Positions 24,349-34,177 are shown, numbered from the stretch's first letter. The stretch is 39,224 nt of DNA from an uncultured Methanosarcinales archaeon (GCA_964647565.1 CAZYIM010000025.1:2654-41877); one strand, 5' to 3'. The notes: generated by a model from the letters alone, not told the origin. Made by a program: numbers and translations.

Positions 24349-25050
24349 TCACATCTTTTGCCAGTTAGCAAGAATATCTTCAAAATCCGAAGCTGTAAAA
24401 TCCAGCCAAAGCTTGTTGGTATAAGCTATCCTGGCGTTCTTAGCATCCCAAAGCAGGACACCTGAATATTTATTGTAAGACTCGATTATCAGCTCTGGCG
24501 GTGTAAAATAGGACGTGTACATGTTCTCCTTAAACGTCTCAAGATTTACATCGTCTGGCTTGATCTTTCCTAGAGCGACTTTCTTGGCAATTAGCCGAAC
24601 AGCACCAAGAATCTCTTCCTGACCATCGTATCCTACGCAAAAATTAATAAAATAATTGTCAAAGTCCTTGGTTACATCCATAAGATTTTTTATAGATGTA
24701 ACTAGCTCAGAATCAATATCATACCATTGGCCTATCACAAACACCCTGATCTTCTCAGTCGTTATCCGTTCATCCTTGGCGAGTTCATCAAATAGCTTGA
24801 TAGTTGTCTTTATCTCTTCAGGAGACCGGGTAGGCAATCTTATGGTCATGATGGGAAACTTATGCTTAATCTGCTTGTTGATCAGAAGGTTTATCTTTTC
24901 ACTATGCTTTTCAAGGGCTTCTGACATCTCTTTTTTATTAGTTACAGCCCATCGTTTAAGCTTGCCAGTACTGATGGCTATATGTATAGGTGTCTTCCTT
25001 TCCCCTGTCAGCAATTGCTTTTTTAAAGCAGAAATATCTGGAAAAACCAT
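24349..25050 (-). CDS. cis-prenyltransferase (UppS)-like protein, degenerate active site
   Basis: PIHIAI...KRWA, NFCVGYDGQEEI, PELII, LLWD, KLWLDF; lacks the DGN and RTSG..R motifs. Confidence 0.8.
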   Translation of the reverse strand: MVFPDISALKKQLLTGERKTPIHIAISTGKLKRWAVTNKKEMSEALEKHSEKINLLINKQIKHKFPIMTIRLPTRSPEEIKTTIKLFDELAKDERITTEKIRVFVIGQWYDIDSELVTSIKNLMDVTKDFDNYFINFCVGYDGQEEILGAVRLIAKKVALGKIKPDDVNLETFKENMYTSYFTPPELIIESYNKYSGVLLWDAKNARIAYTNKLWLDFTASDFEDILANWQKM

Positions 25051-25103
25051 TCAATCAAGTTATTAACAAAAATTTATAAATGTTTAGTTTTTTAAAGATT
25101 CCA

Positions 25104-25964
25104 ATGATAGTAATTAATATTATCACTGCGATCATCGCATTAGCCATTGGAACCTATACAGATCTTAAGACAAGAGAGGTGCCTGACTGGCTGAACTACT
25201 CGCTGATAGCCTTTTCATTTGGCTCAGCTATTATATACTCTCTTGTGAATTAAAGCTTTACGCCATTTCTTTATGCATTGGCAGGATTTGCAGTTTGCTT
25301 GATCCTTGCCCTGATTTTCTTTTATACAGGACAGTGGGGCGGCGGTGATGCTAAGATGCTTATGGGTCTTGGAGCTTTAATAGGCCTTAACTTCCATTCA
25401 AGGATTCCAGATCTGGTCGTCTTTATCTTCAACATAGTCTTTATCGGCGCCATCTATGGCATGATATGGTCTATTGTGCTGGGCATAATAAACAGAAAAG
25501 TATTTATAAAGGAGTTCAAGAAAAAGATTGGCACAAAAATGATGATCTGGATAAGGACTGTAATCCTTATTGTTTGCGTATTAGGTTTAATATCACTTTT
25601 CTTAGTACCCCTCCTTTACAAGTTCATCATATTTATATTCGTATTCCTGTTGTTCTTCATGTTCTACATCTGGATCTTCATCAAGAGCATCGAGAAGGTC
25701 AGCATGATCAAGATCATGCCTGTAGAGAAGGTCACAGAAGGTGACTGGATAGTGGATGATGTTGTGATCAACAAGAAAAGGATATGCGGACCTAAAGACC
25801 TGGGAATTTCCAAAGAACAGATTGCCACTCTCTTGAGCCTGAAAAAGAAGAAAAAGATATCCAAGATAAAGATAAAGGTTGGCATGCCCTTTGTTCCCAG
25901 CTTCCTGATATCCTATCTGGTGACGATTATCTTTGGAAACTGGCTTGTTCTTCTATTGTTCTAG
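25104..25964 (+). pseudogene. A24 (FlaK/PibD-like) prepilin peptidase interrupted by an in-frame TAA at 25251-25253
   Basis: ATG 25104 gives MIVINII...TYTDLKTREVPDW...LVN*SFTPFLYAL, continuing in frame into the tracked ORF with GGGDAK, VTEGDW and MPFVPSF. Confidence 0.8.
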
Positions 25965-25966
25965 AA

Positions 25967-26470
25967 TTAAGGTTTCTTAGCTTGACCTGGAATCACTTTA
26001 TGCTCAAATGCCATCATCATGCCACCTGTCTGAGGGATTGCAGCAGGAATATATTTCGGAGTAAAAATTCCATTCCTGACCCCATGAACATTGTTATTGA
26101 GAGCAAGACATCTAAAGTAAAGTGTCTTGATTGAACCGTCTTCTTCAAATTCCGCCAGCTTTTCTGCCACTTCAGGTTTTGACTTGTAGAGCTCTTCTGC
26201 TGCTTTTGTTAGCCTTGATTTAAGTAGAGGCAACAGATCATTATCATACTTCCCTGTTAAGGTCGTACATATAGAGACTAGCAATGCACTGGGAGCAGGC
26301 ACCCCGTCGTATTCAACATTCTTATCAACATATATTTTTTCTTGTGCATCCAACTCAAAGTCATCATTATCTTTTTCATTCCTTGTTCTTAAGTAAGGAA
26401 TCTCAACCTCGAACAAGAACTCCTCTATGCTGATCCCATTTCCAATTAAAAAACTACCACTTGCTGACAT
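25967..26470 (-). CDS. Hypothetical protein, tandem paralog 3
   Basis: GSFLIGNGISIEEF ... YFRCL ... KYIPAAI shared with two upstream genes. Confidence 0.75.
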   Translation of the reverse strand: MSASGSFLIGNGISIEEFLFEVEIPYLRTRNEKDNDDFELDAQEKIYVDKNVEYDGVPAPSALLVSICTTLTGKYDNDLLPLLKSRLTKAAEELYKSKPEVAEKLAEFEEDGSIKTLYFRCLALNNNVHGVRNGIFTPKYIPAAIPQTGGMMMAFEHKVIPGQAKKP

Positions 26471-26471
26471 T

Positions 26472-27008
26472 TTAATCTTGCCTCTCTGTTGCTGTCTTCA
26501 CAGTAAAATCCTCCACACAGGACCCAGATCGTCTCAAAGCCTCAGGAATATGTCTTTTGCAGAATATTAAGTACATGTCTTTAGCATCAGAAAAATTGTC
26601 ATAAAGTCCAAGGCATTTGGAATATGGAGCAACACTATTTTCCATAACCATACCATAATTTTTTTGAATATCAGGTCGTTTTGATCTGAGTTCTTTAACG
26701 GTTTTTTCCAAATGTTCATTAAAGTTTTTTAATAACCCAGGAGAATTCACTGTCCCAGGATCTCCATTTTCATATTCTGTCAGAATCAAAAGACTACTGC
26801 TTGCATCACCCTTCCCCAGTTCGATATTTGCATAAGCCATTGAAATATTTCTAATATAAAGATGTGTTTCTTGCGTTTTAGCAGAGTCATCTTCATCAGA
26901 TTTTTTATTAATTGTTTTACTATACTGAAGTTCGCCCTGTACATGTATAACAAATTCATCAATACTCGTATCCTGACCGATTAAAAATATGCCACCTGAT
27001 TTTCCCAT
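26472..27008 (-). CDS. Hypothetical protein, tandem paralog 2
   Basis: GIFLIGQDTSIDEF ... YSKCL ... KRHIPEAL; start placed at MGKS (27008) by alignment to paralogs (27017 possible). Confidence 0.72.
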   Translation of the reverse strand: MGKSGGIFLIGQDTSIDEFVIHVQGELQYSKTINKKSDEDDSAKTQETHLYIRNISMAYANIELGKGDASSSLLILTEYENGDPGTVNSPGLLKNFNEHLEKTVKELRSKRPDIQKNYGMVMENSVAPYSKCLGLYDNFSDAKDMYLIFCKRHIPEALRRSGSCVEDFTVKTATERQD

Positions 27009-27024
27009 TTTATTCATACCTTTT

Positions 27025-27552
27025 TTATTTTTTTGAAGGATCCACCTTGATTTGAAAATCCTCAATCATGCCTCTGGACTGCCTCAATGCCTCAGGAACA
27101 AATCTCTTGATATAAGAAAAATGGAGTCCTTTTACCTCATCATACTTGTTGCATATTTGCAGACATCTGCAATAGGCTTTAAAGTTTCCATCTTCATCAA
27201 AGCTTGCCATATTCTCTGCTAATTCAGAATCTTTCTCTTTTAGCTGCTGAATGGCAGAAACAAGCTGTTTTTTGAATAAGGATGTGTGTGTCAAACAATC
27301 CTCTAATGTATCATCTTCATTATCCTCTTGATTAAAATATTCACTCAAGATGATCAACCCAGTATTATATAGCTGCCCATCATATATGACATTATCAAAA
27401 GCCAAAGATGTTCTTTTAATCAAAAGAGACTCTGTCGTATCTTTTTTATCTGTGGCTAATTTTTTAAAAGATATCAGAGGATTAACAGCACTAAGAAAAT
27501 CTTCAATTGAAATGTCTTTTCCTATCAGGTAAATAGCCCCTGTGTGTTTCAT
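27025..27552 (-). CDS. Hypothetical protein, tandem paralog 1
   Basis: GAIYLIGKDISIEDF ... YCRCL ... KRFVPEAL; AGGAG SD upstream. Confidence 0.75.
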   Translation of the reverse strand: MKHTGAIYLIGKDISIEDFLSAVNPLISFKKLATDKKDTTESLLIKRTSLAFDNVIYDGQLYNTGLIILSEYFNQEDNEDDTLEDCLTHTSLFKKQLVSAIQQLKEKDSELAENMASFDEDGNFKAYCRCLQICNKYDEVKGLHFSYIKRFVPEALRQSRGMIEDFQIKVDPSKK

Positions 27553-27716
27553 AATTGTTAACTCCTTTAATAGAGGAGAGTAATCTAAGGCTATTAATAA
27601 AGATTTCTATCAATAACCACTAATAAGTGAACAAAAAACAGTAAATAAAGACATAAAATGGGTAGAAATACCGTATTTACTACTAATTAGTGGTTAAAAA
27701 ACGAAAGATTTAAATA

Positions 27717-27733
27717 GTAGTAAATCTTACTAC
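27717..27733. promoter_or_regulatory. Candidate RHH operator GTAGTAA-N3-TTACTAC between TATA box and start
   Basis: Perfect 7-bp arms directly after TTTAAATA (27709-27716); related copy ATTTACTACTA at 27675-27685. Confidence 0.5.
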
Positions 27734-27741
27734 AACGTAGC

Positions 27742-27894
27742 ATGAAAATAAAAGTCTCAGTCTCAATGGAAGAAGAACTTTTTGAAAAGGTCAAATTGCA
27801 AGCAAAAGATACCACTTTTCGTAATAAGAGCCACCTTATAGAGGTTGCTGTTGAATCCTTTTTAAAGAGGGTTGAAGATGGAAGAACTGCATAA
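27742..27894 (+). CDS. Ribbon-helix-helix (CopG/NikR-like) DNA-binding protein, 50 aa
   Basis: Not in ORF track. MKIKVSVSMEEELFEKVKLQAKDTTFRNKSHLIEVAVESFLKRVEDGRTA: alternating beta strand followed by the F-R-N-K-S-x-L-I-x-x-A-V helix pattern. Confidence 0.85.
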   Translation: MKIKVSVSMEEELFEKVKLQAKDTTFRNKSHLIEVAVESFLKRVEDGRTA

Positions 27895-30800
27895 GCTCGA
27901 AAATATTGCAACTATGCTAACCGGCATGTTTAGTAGTGATATTTCTAATCAGGAAACTCCTATTACAACTGCAGGCCAGACTTCTGAAGAGCTTCTAAAT
28001 GAGCTGAAGACGCTACAGGAAGAGACAGAACAAAGGGTTTCCAGTTTCGGACATAAGCTTAATCAATTAGAATTAATGTCTTACAAATCATTGGATGATG
28101 CTGCTGAATCTACAATACAAGAAGTTATGGACTTAATCTCTGATATTAACAAGTCCAAATACATAATCAAGAGTTCAGAACAAACAGCAGAAGAACTAAA
28201 AAACAAGATATCTGAAAAACAGCTTGAAGAATCTGGATTTAAGAATCAAGAAGAAGTTAAAAGTAAGAGTGACGAACTCTGGACTAAACGAAGAGGATTA
28301 AGAGATAAGTTTGCAGGAAAATACAGGTTCAAGAAAGATATCAGACTAATAGAGTCTGAAATCAATAAACTTAATAATCTTGAATATGCAGCACATAACT
28401 CAATCAGGATATCAAATCTTCATTATTCAGATGAAAACAAGTTTGAAGAGTTACAAGGCCAGGTCTTCAGCAAAATGGTAAGTGATTTGTTCTCAGAATA
28501 TAGATCCTTGTTGGCTAATACAATTCAACCAGAGAAAACTGAAGGAAAGCTAAAGCATGAAGTCCTAACGTCCGTAACAGAAGACTATATCACAAAAAAG
28601 TTTAAGCCTGAGATTGAAGAGAGTCTTGGACTTCCAAGCCCAGAACTAGTAGACAAAGCATTATCAATATTAAGGGAAGGTTTTAAGGATGGTATATATC
28701 ATGATCATAATGCTTCTGAAGAGGAGAAGAAAAGAAAACAATTGCTTAATGAAAAGCTACAATCGCTGCCCTACCAAATAAAAGATATTGTCCAATTCGG
28801 TATAACCCGGGGCGACAAGGTTGTAGATGATGCATTCGCAGAAATAGGATCCTTCATATCTCAAGCACCTTCAGAAAGTCAAAGATTAAAAATTCTCAAC
28901 TCATTCTCAAGATCTAGCAGGTTACTACTAAATGTGTTTGACAAGACAAACCTACCATATGAGATCAGCAATAAAAAATGGACGCTCCAAGAGAAAAAAG
29001 AGGATATTGAGGAATCATATTCACTCAAAGAAAAAAGAAAACAATTGATGAAGATAGATATGGAAAAATTCGATATCTTCAGAAATAATGATCTTGTCAA
29101 AGAAACATACAGCGTTGAGAATCTTGAAAAATTCAATCAGATGATTGGGGATGAAGCCATCAGCAGACTGTTGGTCACAACCGAACATACCAATGAATCA
29201 GTCAATCTCGGCCACAAGGCAATATGGTTCAAGGATGCAAAAGCTATTGCATATAACATATTGAACTTCTGGAGAGAGCCTGGACATTCTGGAGAGATGC
29301 CTTTTTTGAATATACACACAAATTCTCAATATACGCTCGGTGCCAAATATATAATGTCGCTGACAGAAGAACAGCTTAAAGCTGCTGAAAACCTAAATAT
29401 CCCTGGATTGATAGACATAATAAATCAAGTCAAAAACAATCCAAAGAAATTCACTCAGAATCAAATTAACCAAGGAGAGAAATGGGTTACCAATCCAGCA
29501 TATAACAAGATTGAACAGGGGCTTGGAAAGATGTGCGGTCATTTTCTTGAAAACGGTACTGAGGATGAAAACTATTTTTCAGTGAGTACGGCAACGAAGC
29601 TTGGATTCATGAGATATAAAAAAAATAATAGCAAGTTAAGGAATAACTTGATTGACACCCTGTCAGAGCGTATCGGCCTTGATGAAAATGTCAAGGCAAA
29701 CTTCAAGAAGCATTACAAGATATTTATGGATAATATCAACAGCAAAGCCAGGAATTCTCAGGATTTCAAGGACTATAAAGAAGACTTGGATATATACAGC
29801 GAATACTTCGATCAACTGGACGACTTATTGCCAAGATGCAATAATCCAAATAAGGTCAGGAAAGAAGCAGAGGCTATGCAAAACGATTCAAACTATATCT
29901 GGGAGGTCAAAGATCTTCCTATTCTTATCGATTATCTTGAAGCATTTGACTCAGATATCGTACAGCAATGTATGAAAAACAGGAAGTATAAGGATCTGTA
30001 CCATACTTTACTATGGAAGGTCAAGCAAAATATTTTCAGGGAGAGTATAGAAATAGACAATGTGAAAGATCATACAATAAAAGTATTTACAGACTTTAAT
30101 AACAGTATCAAAGTAACCAAGGACTTAATATCAAAACTACCCTCAAAGAAAATTTTAATATCTGAGTGGAACCGAAAGCTAGAAAGCATGGTCTATTCTA
30201 TGGACGTTGAGGAGGATACAAAACACATATCCACATATTACACCGCGTTGGGCGAGCTTAAGACTGCAGAAAGGTTTAATCAAAAGGATACTGGTTTTAA
30301 GAATAGTCTCGAATCTCTTGCAAACATAACATACGACCTCAGCGAACAGCTGGTCACACCCATCATAAGGGAGACCCTCAGAAGGGACGATCTTGCTGAT
30401 CAGATGGGCAGTATCCAGAACTATCTGAACACTTTGAAATGGTTCCCAGGATTTGTCAAGAAATGTGAGGAGATAAAAGATAACCCAAGAAGACTAATAG
30501 ACACAATCTATGAGCTGACATCAATGGGAAGTTCATCCCTTGAGCTGGTTGAAGCGGTTGAAGATGGTAAAATGGATATAGGTTCGATAGCCTCTACAAT
30601 CAAAAGACTAAAAAATGAGAACTTTAAGCCGACCAGCTATCTTGTCAAGAAACTCATAAAATCCGCAGACAAGTCAAGTACAATAGAAAGTTGGCTTGAG
30701 ATCACAGATACATTCGAGCAAGGCAAGTTTGATTCTAATGACGAACTTCATAGGAACTTAGAATATACAAGATTCAGAAGGATAGTCAATCATGAAAAAT

Positions 30801-31855
30801 TGAGGACACACCTGAAAAACCATTTCACATTTGACCAATATTTATCAATCTTCGAGAATCAACAGCCTGGTGAAGATCCTGTTATAGGAGACAAAGACAG
30901 GTTTGAGATAGAATGCGTTGCTGAGGAAGCAAAGGTCTTGAGGGATTATGTGCTTTCAATCAAGGAAAAAGCAGATCAGCTTGGAAGAGAAGTCTTTATC
31001 GTACCCAACCTTAGTTACGGTTATCTGCCGGTTTCCCCTCTTACTTATGAGCTAGAAGAAGCAGGCATCCAATCAATCATAGGAATAAAGGTCGGTTCAA
31101 CTGAGAGTCACAACAATAAAGAGATCATCAACAGCAGGCTCTTCAAGGGTTATAGGGGTAAGATAACAAACGATCAGCCTATCCTCATTGTTGTTGATGG
31201 AACCAAACACTTGTTAGCAAGAGACAATAATGATAAGGACGCAAGATATCCTGATGCTTACCAGGGTTACTTAAACCAGGTTATTGCAGCTAACGATGCT
31301 TTGGGATTTACAGATGAAGATTATGCAGCTGCTGGAAAGACTGAAGAAGATATGAGTAACCTAAGATTAACTCAGGAGTTCCAAAAATTGGTAGATGTCT
31401 ACAAGCATGTGCTTAAATCAGATGATCCTCAAAAAGAAAGAAAACCTTACCAGTTCGGCCTCTGGAACACAGCAGGAATGAATCTGATTATAAGGAACTA
31501 TCATCAGAAACTACTTGAAGTATCTAATCCTACAGCGCCTGAGGACATTGAAGGTCCTGCTCTTATCTATTGTAACGTCGGACTACTTGACAATCAGATA
31601 CCTGACGAGCTTAAACAAAAGTATGAAGGATTGACGCACCAACCTGCACACTTCGATGACAGCGGAAAGATCATAGATTTCGACTTCGGATTTGATAATT
31701 TCGGTGTAAGATACTTGAATACTTTGGAAACAGAAGTTATGAAGGCTTACGATGGAAAAGGGAAAAAATCACAGAACGGTGATCTGGTCTCCTCTTTCAT
31801 CAGATACATAGAGAACCAGCCTGAACAAGCGGTAGAATGTGACTACCATCAATAA
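27878..31855 (+). CDS. Large hypothetical protein (~1325 aa), coiled-coil/helical N-terminus, alpha/beta C-terminal domain
   Basis: Uninterrupted ORF; ATG 27878 follows GAGG and overlaps the RHH gene end. Confidence 0.8.
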   Translation: MEELHKLENIATMLTGMFSSDISNQETPITTAGQTSEELLNELKTLQEETEQRVSSFGHKLNQLELMSYKSLDDAAESTIQEVMDLISDINKSKYIIKSSEQTAEELKNKISEKQLEESGFKNQEEVKSKSDELWTKRRGLRDKFAGKYRFKKDIRLIESEINKLNNLEYAAHNSIRISNLHYSDENKFEELQGQVFSKMVSDLFSEYRSLLANTIQPEKTEGKLKHEVLTSVTEDYITKKFKPEIEESLGLPSPELVDKALSILREGFKDGIYHDHNASEEEKKRKQLLNEKLQSLPYQIKDIVQFGITRGDKVVDDAFAEIGSFISQAPSESQRLKILNSFSRSSRLLLNVFDKTNLPYEISNKKWTLQEKKEDIEESYSLKEKRKQLMKIDMEKFDIFRNNDLVKETYSVENLEKFNQMIGDEAISRLLVTTEHTNESVNLGHKAIWFKDAKAIAYNILNFWREPGHSGEMPFLNIHTNSQYTLGAKYIMSLTEEQLKAAENLNIPGLIDIINQVKNNPKKFTQNQINQGEKWVTNPAYNKIEQGLGKMCGHFLENGTEDENYFSVSTATKLGFMRYKKNNSKLRNNLIDTLSERIGLDENVKANFKKHYKIFMDNINSKARNSQDFKDYKEDLDIYSEYFDQLDDLLPRCNNPNKVRKEAEAMQNDSNYIWEVKDLPILIDYLEAFDSDIVQQCMKNRKYKDLYHTLLWKVKQNIFRESIEIDNVKDHTIKVFTDFNNSIKVTKDLISKLPSKKILISEWNRKLESMVYSMDVEEDTKHISTYYTALGELKTAERFNQKDTGFKNSLESLANITYDLSEQLVTPIIRETLRRDDLADQMGSIQNYLNTLKWFPGFVKKCEEIKDNPRRLIDTIYELTSMGSSSLELVEAVEDGKMDIGSIASTIKRLKNENFKPTSYLVKKLIKSADKSSTIESWLEITDTFEQGKFDSNDELHRNLEYTRFRRIVNHEKLRTHLKNHFTFDQYLSIFENQQPGEDPVIGDKDRFEIECVAEEAKVLRDYVLSIKEKADQLGREVFIVPNLSYGYLPVSPLTYELEEAGIQSIIGIKVGSTESHNNKEIINSRLFKGYRGKITNDQPILIVVDGTKHLLARDNNDKDARYPDAYQGYLNQVIAANDALGFTDEDYAAAGKTEEDMSNLRLTQEFQKLVDVYKHVLKSDDPQKERKPYQFGLWNTAGMNLIIRNYHQKLLEVSNPTAPEDIEGPALIYCNVGLLDNQIPDELKQKYEGLTHQPAHFDDSGKIIDFDFGFDNFGVRYLNTLETEVMKAYDGKGKKSQNGDLVSSFIRYIENQPEQAVECDYHQ

Positions 31856-31922
31856 ACCATAACCACTTCTCAGTCGTAATTAGCATAAGGTTTATATAAT
31901 AAGCTCTATTTCTAGGTAATAT

Positions 31923-32435
31923 ATGACCAATAAAACCACTGTTCAATTGCGGGGGATTGGGAATGTTAGTCAGTTCTATGCGGCCTGTGAGGGGTTTGAA
32001 AATGGGCCAGATTTTTTGGAATATTTTAAAAACGAGATAAAAGATAAGCCAAGATTCGAGGAATTATGCAAAACAGCAGATAACTGTTTTGTATATTCCG
32101 TCATGGCTAAAAACCATAAGAAACAAGTCATAAGGCTACAGTTGACCATGACCAAGCAAGCTGCAAAAGCAGAAGACGGATGGGCAGTGCCTATAGATGG
32201 GAAAAACTACCGCCTCGAATTCTACCTATTACCAAATCCTAAGGAGGATCCAGATGGCCCTACAGCAAGGTTCACATCACAAGATGATATTGGCAGGCCA
32301 GAACTTTCATTCAGTAATGGAACAATGCATATGAGGGCTGGAGATTTTCTGGACGCAATCCTAGACGCATATAATAATATTTTTCCAGATTCAGGTATCT
32401 TCAGAACACCGACAACTTATAAGCAAGAAAACTAA
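31923..32435 (+). CDS. Hypothetical protein
   Basis: 170-aa ORF with TTTATATA about 24 nt upstream. Confidence 0.7.
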   Translation: MTNKTTVQLRGIGNVSQFYAACEGFENGPDFLEYFKNEIKDKPRFEELCKTADNCFVYSVMAKNHKKQVIRLQLTMTKQAAKAEDGWAVPIDGKNYRLEFYLLPNPKEDPDGPTARFTSQDDIGRPELSFSNGTMHMRAGDFLDAILDAYNNIFPDSGIFRTPTTYKQEN

Positions 32436-32986
32436 GGCATCCTATCCAGCTGCTTAAGCAGATAATTCTCTTTTTCCTCACCAGTCGCCTCATCGACCTC
32501 AGGCTCAATCTTTTCAACAGGCGCTGCTTTTGTCGGTGTTGGTGCAGAACCCCCACCACCCCTATCATCCACAACTATATTATTGGTATACTTCTCTAAT
32601 TTCAACAAGGCAGTGGTCAACTCGTCCTCTGTAAGTTGTTTCGGAGGCCAATTCAGGTTGATATTGTCGTTCTCCCTTCGAGGAATTATATTTACAGAAA
32701 AATGGTTCTTTGACTGGCCAGCTGCAACACCATTCTGCACAAAGATGTTGGTTCCTGCTGCCTGTAGGCTTTCAAAGAGTACAGTAGATAACTTATTGGC
32801 AATTTGGAACATATAGCCTATAATATCATCAGGAACCTCTTCCATGATCGGATGATGCTGTGTTGGTGCAATTACAATATGGCCGATGCTGGTAGGCTCA
32901 TCGCTGAGCATGACTATAACCCTCTCGTTACCAAAGAGCAGCTTTTTGCTGCCTCCTTTCAACATATCACAAATCACACATCCCAT
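32432..32986 (-). CDS. HIT family protein, degenerate triad
   Basis: CVIC, GHIVIAPTQH, GTNIFVQNGVAAGQ, HFSVNIIPR. Confidence 0.85.
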   Translation of the reverse strand: MGCVICDMLKGGSKKLLFGNERVIVMLSDEPTSIGHIVIAPTQHHPIMEEVPDDIIGYMFQIANKLSTVLFESLQAAGTNIFVQNGVAAGQSKNHFSVNIIPRRENDNINLNWPPKQLTEDELTTALLKLEKYTNNIVVDDRGGGGSAPTPTKAAPVEKIEPEVDEATGEEKENYLLKQLDRMP

Positions 32987-33043
32987 TTTATTCAGCCAAA
33001 CATACTTAATAATTGTAAATTATTAGTCGTTCGACTAACTTAG

Positions 33044-34177
33044 TTAGCCAAACAAATTTGATATTGAATCAAGATCAGCACCCTGCCTGGGCGGCGGCGA
33101 TTCCTCATCATCGTCACCCACATCCTCATCCACAGAGGATTCATCCTGCGTTTCTGAATCATCCTCTTCTGCTTCAGCATCATCATCAGATTCCACAGAA
33201 TCATCAGGTTTAGGCTCGTCAGAAATTTCTTCCTCAGAAGATTCAGAACTCTCTTCAGGAGTTTCCTCAGGATCTTCGTCTTCATCAGGAACAACAGCCT
33301 CTGCATCAGATCTTTCTTCCTCAGGCGGCGCAGGAGCCTCTTTTATCTCCTCAGCCTGTTCTTCAGGAGATTCTTCTGCCCAGTCATCAGGATCTTTAGA
33401 TTCCCCTTGTTCCTCTTTATAACCTGCAGCCTCTTCAAGTGACTGGTCAGGTGCATCCTCCTCTGACACTTCTGATTCAACTTCTTTTTTAGGTGTACTT
33501 GCAGGTTCCTTAGTTTTAGCTTCAGGTTCACTCTTTTCATTTTCAGAAGTTTCTTCAGATTTTTCTTCTGACTTGTCAGAGTCTTGAGAAGTCTCAGATT
33601 TTTTCACAGCCCCTTTTTCAGCTTCTTTACCAGGCTTATCTTCTTTGGGGGCAACTGGAGCAGCCCCTTCAGCAGGCATCTCTTTGCCAAACACCTCTTT
33701 TAACTTTGGCAGAAGCCTTTGCTTAACCTTATCGACCTGTTCATCAGTGATGCTAAACTTGGGCATTTCCATTCCAATGCCATCACCCTCATTTCTCGGA
33801 ATCACATGTATCATGAAATGGGGAGCCTTTTGTCCTGCAATGGCCCCATTCGCAACAAATATGTTAGTGCCCTTGACGCCAAGACCAGAAAGACAAGCTT
33901 TTGAAAGTGCCTTAGAAACTGCAAAAAGGTGCCCGATAACATCATCAGGTATCTGCGGCATTATCTGATAATGGTCCTTAGGCAAAATAAGAATGTGCCC
34001 TTCAGTAGCAGGATTGATATCCAGGACGCAAAATGTCTTGGAATCCTCATAGACCTTTTTTGACGGAATCTCGCCCTTGATTATCTTACAAAAAATACAG
34101 TTCTGCTTCTGCAGTTCTGCAATCTGCTCAGGACTCATATTTTTAAGGTCTTCCTCACTCAACTGTTCACCAGGCAT
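33044..34177 (-). CDS. HIT family protein, degenerate triad, with long acidic low-complexity tail
   Basis: CIFCKII.GEIPS, LDINPATEGH, NGAIAGQKAPHFMIHVIPR; start placed at ATG 34177, about 23 nt after TTTAAAAA. Confidence 0.85.
   Translation of the reverse strand: MPGEQLSEEDLKNMSPEQIAELQKQNCIFCKIIKGEIPSKKVYEDSKTFCVLDINPATEGHILILPKDHYQIMPQIPDDVIGHLFAVSKALSKACLSGLGVKGTNIFVANGAIAGQKAPHFMIHVIPRNEGDGIGMEMPKFSITDEQVDKVKQRLLPKLKEVFGKEMPAEGAAPVAPKEDKPGKEAEKGAVKKSETSQDSDKSEEKSEETSENEKSEPEAKTKEPASTPKKEVESEVSEEDAPDQSLEEAAGYKEEQGESKDPDDWAEESPEEQAEEIKEAPAPPEEERSDAEAVVPDEDEDPEETPEESSESSEEEISDEPKPDDSVESDDDAEAEEDDSETQDESSVDEDVGDDDEESPPPRQGADLDSISNLFG

Noticed and set aside
25251..25253. Stop-codon reassignment explaining the internal TAA
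   Set aside because: TAA, TAG and TGA all terminate conserved genes at the expected positions elsewhere in the window.
27687..27911. 74-aa minus-strand ORF in the track
   Set aside because: Antisense to the better-supported RHH gene and its promoter.
33060..33640. GAA/GAT-rich repetitive DNA here and at 36430-36650
   Set aside because: Explained by acidic low-complexity protein regions; no regular nucleotide repeat unit.
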